Virus record (IMG/VR): IMGVR_UViG_3300005400_000003
Coordinates: 1 to 29,715 of that record
Length of the DNA: 29,715 nt
DNA from: a virus
Lineage: Duplodnaviria > Caudoviricetes
Strand: one strand, 5' to 3'
Positions 5,366-14,813 of the stretch are shown piece after piece (the stretch's first letter is position 1; each line of letters begins with the position of its first letter). The notes below the pieces were generated by a model. It was not told the origin of the DNA, searched no databases, and saw nothing but the letters and a program-made list of their open reading frames with translations. The translations under genes were made by a program, and so were the position numbers.

Positions 5366-8300
5366 ATGCTTAAGACTGCTAATAAAATCTCATTCTTAAT
5401 TGAGTCCCAGTTACCAGACTTCATAAATGAAGATTATGAACTTTTTGGTAAGTTCATAAGAAAGTATTATGAGCAATTGGAATTGCAGGGACAGTCTACA
5501 GACATCATCACGAATCTAGAAACTTATCGCGATATTGATTTCTATGAGAAGAATGTACTTAAGCAATCAACTATTTTAGATGGGGATATTAGTCCTACAG
5601 ATAAAACTGTTACTGTGGAGGATGCAACATCATTCCCTAAGAATGGTGGGTATATCAAGATTGGTGAGGAAATCTGTTTCTATGCAGAGAGAACAGACAC
5701 ACAATTTTTAGAAGTAAGCCGTGGTATTAGTGGAAATACCACATTAGGAGATCTATACACATCTAGTACTTTTGTTACTACACAAGCAAGTCCTCATGGT
5801 AATGGGATATTAGTACAAAATATTAGTAATCTATTTTTATATGCTCTTATAAAGAGCTTTGAGAAGCAATACCTTGCAGACTTTCCAGAATCATATTTGA
5901 AAGAAGGTGTTGATAAAAGAACGTTAATTAAGAATATCTCTTCCTTTTATCAATCAAAAGGAACTGACAAGTCAATCAAATTCTTATTTAAATGTTTAAT
6001 TGATAATGATCCAGAACCAGAGATTGCATATCCTAGAGAATTTACATTAAAATCCTCAGAATCAAATTGGGTACAGGTTTATGCATTAAGAGCAAAGATT
6101 CTTTCTGGTGATCCAAATAATTTAATCGGGAAATATATTACTCAAAACACAGATGGTAATTATGCATCTGCTATTGTTGATAATGTAAAGTATAGCGGTA
6201 CTTATGATGGTGAAGAATTATATGATATTGTATTAGAAGAAAAAAGTGTTAATGGTAAGTTTGATATTGCATTAAAGACCAAATTGACAGGTAATGTTTC
6301 AGCAACATTGAATACTGGCGATAGAGTTAATGTTTTCTCAACAATGGGTTGGGGTAAGAAAGGAACTTTCATTATTGACGATGAAACCTTCACATTTGAA
6401 GATAAAAATATAAATCAGTTTATTATTAAGAATAGAACAAGTACTGGATCATACACAGCAGGAACATCTGTTACTTATGGTGCTGATATTTCTTCTGATT
6501 CTGTTAATTTATTAGTATTTGGTGTTCTTTATGGATTAGAGAATTCTATAGAGAGTCCTTATTCAAATCCTGGAGATTTAGTAGAAATTTCTGAATCTGG
6601 ATTCTTATCTAATGATATTAGAATCAACGATCTACAAAATAATCTTAGATGGATTACCAGTACTGGTACTGCTGCAATTGCAGATCTCAATACTAACGTA
6701 TCTGCAATTTTTGAGGATGGTGAAGGATATTATATCGCTTCATCTGGATTCCCTTCACACACCATTGGAACATTACCTAATGATGCACAAGATCAAAAAC
6801 TTTTAAAGATTGTCAGAAAGCATCCAATAGCAACAACTGAAATATACAAAACTCAGTATAGAGATGTTGGTGTTGCAATAAATGGAATTCCTTTATTGGG
6901 TTATAAGGATGATGAAGTTGTTAATAATGGTCCTATCCAGTCTATTGCAGTAATTACTAGAGGATCTGGTTATACTAAAGAACCATTCGTATTGATTGAT
7001 GGTGTTTCTGATCTAGCTAGAACAAAACTTGCTGGTCAAGTTGTAGAATCAGTTATTGTTGATACTCCAGGTTTATACACTCAAATTCCTACAGTTGAGA
7101 TTCTTTCTGGTAGAAATGCTGTAGTACGTGCCATTGTAACAAATGGTGTAATTACTAGTCTTATTATTGATAATCCTGGCGAATATTATTCTTCTCCTCC
7201 ACAAGTAAGAATAACCGATATTGCTGGTAGAGGAAGATTTGCAACTTACAATTCTATCGTTTCAAACGATGGAAAGATTACTGGATTTGAAAAGGTAAAT
7301 GGTGGAAACTTATATACTCAGGATAATGTAGTCGTAGAGATTATTGCTGTTGGTTCTGGTGCTACTGGAATTGCAACTATCAAGGAATGGAGAAAAGATA
7401 AGTATAATAAAAATAAGTCGTCTTTAGATGCCGATAATGGTTACTTCTTAAAAAATCAAGTAAATTCTAAAGGATATGGTTATGCATATTATGCTGCACC
7501 AACAACTATAAGGTCAAATGATAATGGAGTTGTTCATTCATCAATCATAGGTTTTGCTTATGATGGAAACCCCATATATGGTGCTTTTGGTCATCTAGAT
7601 CCAATGGATCACAATAGTACTATTGTGAAGATGACTAGTAGTTATAGTAAGAATGCTAATAGACCAAATGGTCCATTATTAGCAACATACCCAATTGGTA
7701 CATTTATCAATGACTATACCTACGTTGATGGTTATGGAACACTTGATGAGAACAATGGAAGATATTGCATCACTCCAGATTTCCCAGAAGGAACTTATGC
7801 ATATTTCGTAACCATTGACACCTTTAATGAACCTGCATTCCCTTATATTATTGGTGAAAATTATTATTCATTACCAATTGATTCAAATTACAATTCGGAA
7901 ATTTCTCAAGATGATATTCCAGTAAATGCCAAAAGACTTAGGACTACTGGAATTTCAAATAATGGAGAATTAGCATTAGCAAAAATTGATGATGTTAAAC
8001 GAGGTAGTATCAATTCTGTTTCAATCTTTGACAGTACTGATAATTTCTCTGTAGGATCTTCATTAATTGTTGATGATTCAGATACTGGTGGTTTTGGTGC
8101 TCAAGCAGAAGTTTCTTCAGTTAAGGGAAGGAATGTAGTTAGCATTGAATCGCAGGATACAAAATCTTTATATACAGAATTAATAACAACTGCATACCTT
8201 TTTGATGGAGATACTATCACCCAGTCAGCAACTGGTGCTACTGGAAAGATTGTAGGTAATGTCTTTAGTAATACTAAGTTTGCTCTCCGTGATGTAACAG

Positions 8301-11300
8301 GAACATTTAATAGTACAGATGTACTATCATCAAACACAAAGGTACTTTCTTTATTACTGACTCAAAACTCTTCATACACTAAAGGTGCGACATTAGAGTT
8401 CACTGATGGTCTCGTAGCAGCAGTTGCAACAGGTGAAGTATTAGAAACTACATCAAAACAAAATATTGTAAAAATTAAAGTACTTACTGGTAATTTTTCT
8501 GTTTCTGATACACTATACCTTAGAAGCTCTGATTTAATTAACACTACTGGTTCAAAAATAGTATCAATCAATTCTTTAAGTGAGAATTTGATTATTTTCA
8601 CATTGAAAGACAATGTTGCTATTCTATCAACTACTGATGATCATGGTGTTGCAGAATCCGATATTATTGATATTGATATTAACCCTAATGATGCAACTAC
8701 CGAACACGTTTATTATGTAAGATCTAGAATTTATCAAGAAGCAGTAGTCAAAACCCCAGTGGTGACAAGGGTTCTCAGCGATACTGGAATTGGTAGATTA
8801 CGTATTCTTAATGGTGGTGAAGATTACATTCCTGGTACATATCCTGACATCGCAGTTCTTGGTGGATCTGGAAGTGGTGCAAAGGCGACCATTGTAGTAT
8901 CTTCTGATAATAGTATCATTTCTGTAGAGATAACAGAGAAAGGAACAGGATATAAGATCTTTGATGAAGTTACTATTGGAACTAATGTTGTAATAAAGTC
9001 TGATAATACTACACCATCATTAGTTTTAAGTGTTGATCATACAGGATTTTCAATTCAGAACGCTGTTCTTAATCTAGACAGTACTATTGGTATTACAGTT
9101 AATGACTATTTGAAAATTGGTAATGAAATTTTAAAAGTTATTAGTAAGTCTGGTGATACATTAACAGTTCAGAGAGGAATTTCTGGTACTTTAAAGGTAG
9201 ATCATTTTGATGGAGCATCTGTAGTACTACATGATGCTGGATATAATATCTCATCTGGTTATAATATTGGACCAGATAATAATGATGGTACTATACTATC
9301 ATATGATTCAATTACCCAAAAGATTGTAGTTACCTTTGAATATTCACAAACTATTGCAGATATTGATGATATTACTTTAAGTACAGTATTCTTTGATGAA
9401 AGTGCAGATCAAAGACTTGTTGAAATTGTTAGTATATCTGATCCTGTGTTATGCTTTGAGTTTTCCAAAACTCAGAATGGTGTCTATGAAAAGAATATAA
9501 ACATTGATATTAAAGAAGGATACAAATATTCTTTCAATACTGAACACACATCAATGGTGGGAGTAAACTTTGATTTATCTCCCAGCAAGAATTTAAATAT
9601 AGAAACACCAGAGAAGAATATTAATAATACTGGATTAGATTTTAAATTTGGATTTGGACCGAGAATCGCATCAAATACTTACACAAAGAAAGTAGAAAAT
9701 CCATACAAGAAGTATTTCTATTATGATAGGAATAATAATGTAAAAGCAGAAGATGCATACTTAAATGTCATTCAAGATCCCTTGCAGGGTAATAAGTCTG
9801 CGATATATGTAACAAGCGATAAAATTGTATATGATACTGGAATTGTAGCAACTAATGACGGAAGTGGTAGCATTACATATACATCCAAATCAAGATTTTC
9901 TATCGGTAAAATTAATAGCATAGGTGTTATTAATATTGGACGTGATTATAAGAAGGTTCCTATTGTCCTTGGAGTTGTACCTACTTTATCAAATACTGCG
10001 GTAGCTACATGCAGCATTGAAGAAGGAAAGATTATTAGTATTTCACTAACTAAATTTGGAGATGATTATTCAAATCCTATTATTAGTATTAGTGGGAATG
10101 GTAAACTAAAGGCGGTAATTGATAAAGGAAAAATTACAGGTATTCAAATTATTGATGGTGGTTTTGGATATACTGAACCACCCATTATCAAGATAGCAGA
10201 ATCTGATGTTTCTTGTTTTATCAATAGTATTGATATTGGTGTGCCTAGAAACATTGATGTTATTAATACTGGTGGTTCTTTCCATGGTGATAATACTTTA
10301 TCATCATCTTTTAGATCTAACTTTGTATTAACATTGACTGGATTTCAATCTGATTCTTTTGCTGTTGGTGAAACAATTGTTCAGAAGTTTGGATCAGTTG
10401 AAGTTGCTAGGGCAAAGGTAACTTCATGGAGGAGTGGTTCAAATGTACTACTCATCAATAAAGTGAAAGGCGTTTTTAGAAAAGGTAAAGATATTACTGG
10501 TCTTTCTAGAAATAAAACAGCAAGATTAGAATCAATTCAATTTACAGAATTCTCTCCTGTAATTAATACGTATTATGATAATCAAGGTTATTACAAGTCT
10601 GATTTTGGAAAAATTAGTGATCAGAATCAGAGAATTGTTGATTCTTTCTATTATCAAGATTATTCGTATTTGGTAAAGTCAAAAACTTCAATTGATACTT
10701 GGAGATCTTTAATTAAGAAAACCACACACCCAGCTGGATTTAAGGTTTTTGGTGAAGTATTGATTGAATCTTCTTCTGATGCTTCCATGAAAGATAATAC
10801 TAGTGTTACTACTAGTAGTGTTGTGCAACTTTGGGATCCAGAAGTTAATAAAATTTCTGTAATTAGAACTAGTAAGAAGATCACTCAAAGTATTGTTTTA
10901 ATGGAGAATTTGCAAGTTGAGAAGGGGGTTGGGTCTGTTGCAACAGAATCATTCAACACTTCCGAAGTTGTCTCCACAGAAGTATTTTTAACTGAAGCAT
11001 TTGATGGTAATTTTGGTGATAAGGGTAATCTTCAGGGTAAAACAGTTTTCAATATTGTTGATGCTAATGGCAATTTGGTAATTCCATACAACAATCAGGC
11101 ATTAACAATTACTCTTGATAGTATTTTACAAGAACCTGGAGTTGCTTATACAGTATCCGGTGATAAAATCATATTTACTTCTCCACCATTAGGTCCATCA
11201 CTTAAAGATGGGCAAGATATTTCTGGTGTGAAGTTTTATGGAAGAAGGTTCCAATTCAAGAATGATGACTTGAATTTAAAGTATCTTAAGAAGATTAGAA

Positions 11301-14300
11301 ATATATTCCATAGAGGTGGAACTTGGGTTGATGCAGCAAACCAAATAAATCAGAATAGAAGATTTATTCAGTCAGAAACACTTGGTTATATCAAGTCTGT
11401 GTATTCTAATTTCCCATGGACAAATTTAAGTGTAAAGTGTTATCGCGATATCGGTTTGATATTGGACGCATTTGAGCATGATTTGAGATTCGGTGGAAAT
11501 GAGAAAACTATTATTGCTGCAGAATCTTATTTTAGAGAAGGTGTTCTTGATTATATTTCTGGTGAAATAGAAGCAACGATTGATGCATTTGAATATGCTA
11601 TTCGTTTATGTAAGATGGCAGTAAGAAATTGGGATTATATAGATCGTCAAGTTTCTTGGACAGTTGGGGCAAATGTTGTTACTGTTTCTAATAGTGATAA
11701 TCTTGCTATTGGTCTTAAAGTTAGTGCTGGACGTGCTTTCCCATCAAATACTAAGATTACTGAAATTGTAGATTTAAGAACAATTAAGGTTAGTAACAAT
11801 GCTGTTGCACTAACACCAGATTCTTCTGGCAATGCCCAGATGATATTCGGTTGGAGTGGTTTTAATGATGGGATGTATTACGATGCATCAACATTGTTGG
11901 TGAAGAACAAAACTGATATGATTTCTTCTACTATTTCTGCTATTAATGCCGAATACCCGAATCTTGCACTAACTGGGTACACTACTAAGTGTGAGAGAGA
12001 TCTTGGGTATTTGGTTGATGCTGTAGGGTATTGTTTGCGTTATGGTGGAAATCGTAAAGTACTTGAATTTGCGGAAAGTTATTTCCTTAATGATGATATT
12101 AATTACATCAAGAATGAATTGATGGAAGTAATTTTTGCACATGATCATATAAGAGATTTGATGATTTTAGCAGTAAAAAATCAAGGATCTGTCACTGATA
12201 CTAGTATTCGTGTTGATACATCAACTCCTGTATGTGCTGAAGTTGAAAGTGCTATAACAACTTATATTGATATAATCGGAAGAACTTTGGAAGGTGGTCC
12301 TAATAGAATTGATAAGGTAGATCAGAACGACAATTCTGTTGGAAATTGGACCACATTTAATTCTTATTCAAATATAAACATTCTTCAGGATCCAGATTTG
12401 GTTAATGGCGTTTTAAAAGAATGTGAAGATGTTGTTTCTTCATTAGATTCCTTAATGGGTAATGTTAGGGAGACTATAAACACAGGACCGAAAACTGTGA
12501 CTCTTTCACATCCAGATTATATTGATGGTGAAAATAAAATATTTGATCTGTATTATGAAGATGGTACTGCAGTAAGTACAGAGATAAATGAAAATCTATT
12601 CATTGCTCTTAGTGGTATTCTTCAGCATGATTCTGCATATACTATTGATAGAACAACTACACCAAATAAAGTGGTGTTTGCTCAACCTCCAATTTGGGGT
12701 CAGGGAGAAAATACAAAGTCAATATACGAACCATTAGCAGTTGAGAAGTTCTTTGCTCATGGTGTTGGTAATTATATTAGGTGTGAAATTGATACATCAG
12801 GAATTTTGACAGGATCTTCTGGTCCTTTCTTAATTTTAAATTCTAAGAATAATAAAGTTCAGAATGTAGATGATCCTAGGTTTGCATTTGTCTTTATAGA
12901 TGGAATTTTGCAGAAGAATAATATCTCTTATACTATTAATGGTCCTGCCATTAGATTTACTAAGAAAATATTTAAAGACAACAAGATTGAGATTGTGTTA
13001 CTGTATGGTAGAGATACTGAACAGACAGTAACACTATATGATTTCCAAAGGAACACTTATTATAATGAAATTCAATTGACTTGTGATGCTGGTTCAGCAA
13101 ATAGTTTTATTGATTGGATATCTTGGTATAATACATCATACGATAAGTTCCAAGTTGCATATCAAAAGATTGGTGGAGTTAAGAAATTTATTGGTAATGT
13201 GAAGACATACACATCAACATCTCAGATTTTAGTTATTACTCTTGCTGGAAATAACCCATTAATTGATAACTCACCAATTTTCTTTGCTGGTGATTCTGAG
13301 TTTGCTGATGAGTATGAGTTAACTGGTACGACCAATACCATCAATGTAATTAGAGATATTGATAACAATTATAGAATGCAGAGAAATTCTGCATCTTGGT
13401 TATATGGAAGTCCACGTGCTGATGAATCTTTCTATGAAAAGAAGAGATTACTTGCCAATTTAAATGCAAATGATATCATCAAAATTAATGGTGAAGATGT
13501 ATACAGAACGATTAGTAATTTACCAAGATATGTCAATCCCAAAAATTATAATGTAGGTGAAGATGTATCTAATGATTTCTTAGGGTCAGTTACAACAACC
13601 AATTATAATGGTGAGACAAGGGGTGTTGGGTTGAGTGTGACATGTGAAATTGAAAATGGTTCTGTGAAGACAATTACTTGGAATAAAAAAGATTTACAGT
13701 TACTTTATGATGAAGGAATCAATCAAGCAACAACTGCTTATGGTTATGATACACCTCCAATTTTACACTTCATACCTACAAATCAAACTGGTGGTGGTGC
13801 ATCTGCTGAAGTTGTGGTTTCGCGTGGTCAAATTATTGATATTGTACTTACAAATCCTGGATCAGGATACACTAAAGCACCTAAGGTAGTTACTGCAAGA
13901 AGTTATGACATTATCAAGCAGTCTGGAAGAAAGATTGATACTTTCCATACACTTGGTATTGGATCCAAAATTGGTCAAAGTTCGCCAGTTTCTATATCAA
14001 CAGTAATTGATTTCATTAAAGGATTTCAGTCTTCTTATGTTATTGATTCATCTTTGAATATCCCATCTGGATATGATGTAACATTGATTATTCAGAAGAT
14101 TGTTGATATGTCTCCTCTATTTGTAGTATCTAAAGAATATAATTTCTACAATAAATATGCAAATACCACATCTATTGCTAGTCCTACTATACAAGTAGAT
14201 GCGGATATTATGATTATTATTGTACCCAAACTATCAATAGACAATCAACCCATTGTTACCAATCTTGGTATTGAAAAAACCAGTCTCATTCATACTGGAT

Positions 14301-14761
14301 TCTCTATGTGGAGTGATGCTCTTCCTGACTTGACATTCTTTAACAATATAAATCATTGGGAGAATAGTATATTCATGGATCTTGGAGATATTGTAGCTCC
14401 TAGTGGAGATCCAGTATCGGAAGTTCAATTAGCAGAACTAGAACCATATGAAATTACTTCTGATGGATCATCAAGTTCCGCGTATCCATTTAACTTGGGA
14501 TACCCTTCTATAAATTATTATATGACTCAGTTAGATACATCCGATTTACCAGATGAAAATGGAGCGGGATATATCGCAACTGGTGAGGTGGTGTATGCAA
14601 ATACTACCAATTTCCCCAATTCAGGGACTATATCTATAGGAAAAGAAAAAATTTCTTATACGAGTAAATTGAGTGATCGTTTCATAGGTTGCACACGTGG
14701 AGTTGATGGTACTACTATTGAGTCACACACCATCGGAACATTTATAAGAAACGCTCTATAA
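5366..14761 (+). CDS. gp7: Giant baseplate wedge initiator gp7-like protein (3131 aa), multidomain
   Basis: It lies between gp6 and gp8. It has the N-terminal IESQLPDFI..FIRKYYE and LIKNISSFYQSKGT motifs and the gp7 signature DSFYYQDYSYLVKS..WRSLIKKTTHPAGFKVFGEV. It also contains a split YHYH-like domain, GSGYT-type repeats and helical KCxRD domains. Confidence 0.85.
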   Translation: MLKTANKISFLIESQLPDFINEDYELFGKFIRKYYEQLELQGQSTDIITNLETYRDIDFYEKNVLKQSTILDGDISPTDKTVTVEDATSFPKNGGYIKIGEEICFYAERTDTQFLEVSRGISGNTTLGDLYTSSTFVTTQASPHGNGILVQNISNLFLYALIKSFEKQYLADFPESYLKEGVDKRTLIKNISSFYQSKGTDKSIKFLFKCLIDNDPEPEIAYPREFTLKSSESNWVQVYALRAKILSGDPNNLIGKYITQNTDGNYASAIVDNVKYSGTYDGEELYDIVLEEKSVNGKFDIALKTKLTGNVSATLNTGDRVNVFSTMGWGKKGTFIIDDETFTFEDKNINQFIIKNRTSTGSYTAGTSVTYGADISSDSVNLLVFGVLYGLENSIESPYSNPGDLVEISESGFLSNDIRINDLQNNLRWITSTGTAAIADLNTNVSAIFEDGEGYYIASSGFPSHTIGTLPNDAQDQKLLKIVRKHPIATTEIYKTQYRDVGVAINGIPLLGYKDDEVVNNGPIQSIAVITRGSGYTKEPFVLIDGVSDLARTKLAGQVVESVIVDTPGLYTQIPTVEILSGRNAVVRAIVTNGVITSLIIDNPGEYYSSPPQVRITDIAGRGRFATYNSIVSNDGKITGFEKVNGGNLYTQDNVVVEIIAVGSGATGIATIKEWRKDKYNKNKSSLDADNGYFLKNQVNSKGYGYAYYAAPTTIRSNDNGVVHSSIIGFAYDGNPIYGAFGHLDPMDHNSTIVKMTSSYSKNANRPNGPLLATYPIGTFINDYTYVDGYGTLDENNGRYCITPDFPEGTYAYFVTIDTFNEPAFPYIIGENYYSLPIDSNYNSEISQDDIPVNAKRLRTTGISNNGELALAKIDDVKRGSINSVSIFDSTDNFSVGSSLIVDDSDTGGFGAQAEVSSVKGRNVVSIESQDTKSLYTELITTAYLFDGDTITQSATGATGKIVGNVFSNTKFALRDVTGTFNSTDVLSSNTKVLSLLLTQNSSYTKGATLEFTDGLVAAVATGEVLETTSKQNIVKIKVLTGNFSVSDTLYLRSSDLINTTGSKIVSINSLSENLIIFTLKDNVAILSTTDDHGVAESDIIDIDINPNDATTEHVYYVRSRIYQEAVVKTPVVTRVLSDTGIGRLRILNGGEDYIPGTYPDIAVLGGSGSGAKATIVVSSDNSIISVEITEKGTGYKIFDEVTIGTNVVIKSDNTTPSLVLSVDHTGFSIQNAVLNLDSTIGITVNDYLKIGNEILKVISKSGDTLTVQRGISGTLKVDHFDGASVVLHDAGYNISSGYNIGPDNNDGTILSYDSITQKIVVTFEYSQTIADIDDITLSTVFFDESADQRLVEIVSISDPVLCFEFSKTQNGVYEKNINIDIKEGYKYSFNTEHTSMVGVNFDLSPSKNLNIETPEKNINNTGLDFKFGFGPRIASNTYTKKVENPYKKYFYYDRNNNVKAEDAYLNVIQDPLQGNKSAIYVTSDKIVYDTGIVATNDGSGSITYTSKSRFSIGKINSIGVINIGRDYKKVPIVLGVVPTLSNTAVATCSIEEGKIISISLTKFGDDYSNPIISISGNGKLKAVIDKGKITGIQIIDGGFGYTEPPIIKIAESDVSCFINSIDIGVPRNIDVINTGGSFHGDNTLSSSFRSNFVLTLTGFQSDSFAVGETIVQKFGSVEVARAKVTSWRSGSNVLLINKVKGVFRKGKDITGLSRNKTARLESIQFTEFSPVINTYYDNQGYYKSDFGKISDQNQRIVDSFYYQDYSYLVKSKTSIDTWRSLIKKTTHPAGFKVFGEVLIESSSDASMKDNTSVTTSSVVQLWDPEVNKISVIRTSKKITQSIVLMENLQVEKGVGSVATESFNTSEVVSTEVFLTEAFDGNFGDKGNLQGKTVFNIVDANGNLVIPYNNQALTITLDSILQEPGVAYTVSGDKIIFTSPPLGPSLKDGQDISGVKFYGRRFQFKNDDLNLKYLKKIRNIFHRGGTWVDAANQINQNRRFIQSETLGYIKSVYSNFPWTNLSVKCYRDIGLILDAFEHDLRFGGNEKTIIAAESYFREGVLDYISGEIEATIDAFEYAIRLCKMAVRNWDYIDRQVSWTVGANVVTVSNSDNLAIGLKVSAGRAFPSNTKITEIVDLRTIKVSNNAVALTPDSSGNAQMIFGWSGFNDGMYYDASTLLVKNKTDMISSTISAINAEYPNLALTGYTTKCERDLGYLVDAVGYCLRYGGNRKVLEFAESYFLNDDINYIKNELMEVIFAHDHIRDLMILAVKNQGSVTDTSIRVDTSTPVCAEVESAITTYIDIIGRTLEGGPNRIDKVDQNDNSVGNWTTFNSYSNINILQDPDLVNGVLKECEDVVSSLDSLMGNVRETINTGPKTVTLSHPDYIDGENKIFDLYYEDGTAVSTEINENLFIALSGILQHDSAYTIDRTTTPNKVVFAQPPIWGQGENTKSIYEPLAVEKFFAHGVGNYIRCEIDTSGILTGSSGPFLILNSKNNKVQNVDDPRFAFVFIDGILQKNNISYTINGPAIRFTKKIFKDNKIEIVLLYGRDTEQTVTLYDFQRNTYYNEIQLTCDAGSANSFIDWISWYNTSYDKFQVAYQKIGGVKKFIGNVKTYTSTSQILVITLAGNNPLIDNSPIFFAGDSEFADEYELTGTTNTINVIRDIDNNYRMQRNSASWLYGSPRADESFYEKKRLLANLNANDIIKINGEDVYRTISNLPRYVNPKNYNVGEDVSNDFLGSVTTTNYNGETRGVGLSVTCEIENGSVKTITWNKKDLQLLYDEGINQATTAYGYDTPPILHFIPTNQTGGGASAEVVVSRGQIIDIVLTNPGSGYTKAPKVVTARSYDIIKQSGRKIDTFHTLGIGSKIGQSSPVSISTVIDFIKGFQSSYVIDSSLNIPSGYDVTLIIQKIVDMSPLFVVSKEYNFYNKYANTTSIASPTIQVDADIMIIIVPKLSIDNQPIVTNLGIEKTSLIHTGFSMWSDALPDLTFFNNINHWENSIFMDLGDIVAPSGDPVSEVQLAELEPYEITSDGSSSSAYPFNLGYPSINYYMTQLDTSDLPDENGAGYIATGEVVYANTTNFPNSGTISIGKEKISYTSKLSDRFIGCTRGVDGTTIESHTIGTFIRNAL

Positions 14762-14774
14762 ATAAATATAAATA
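14757..14774 (+). promoter_or_regulatory. Tandem T4-type late promoters for gp8
   Basis: TATAAATA at 14757-14764 (overlapping the gp7 stop) and again at 14767-14774. Confidence 0.8.
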
Positions 14775-14813
14775 ATTCAAATCCAGTCTACTACACAAAC
14801 AGAGACCAGTGCT

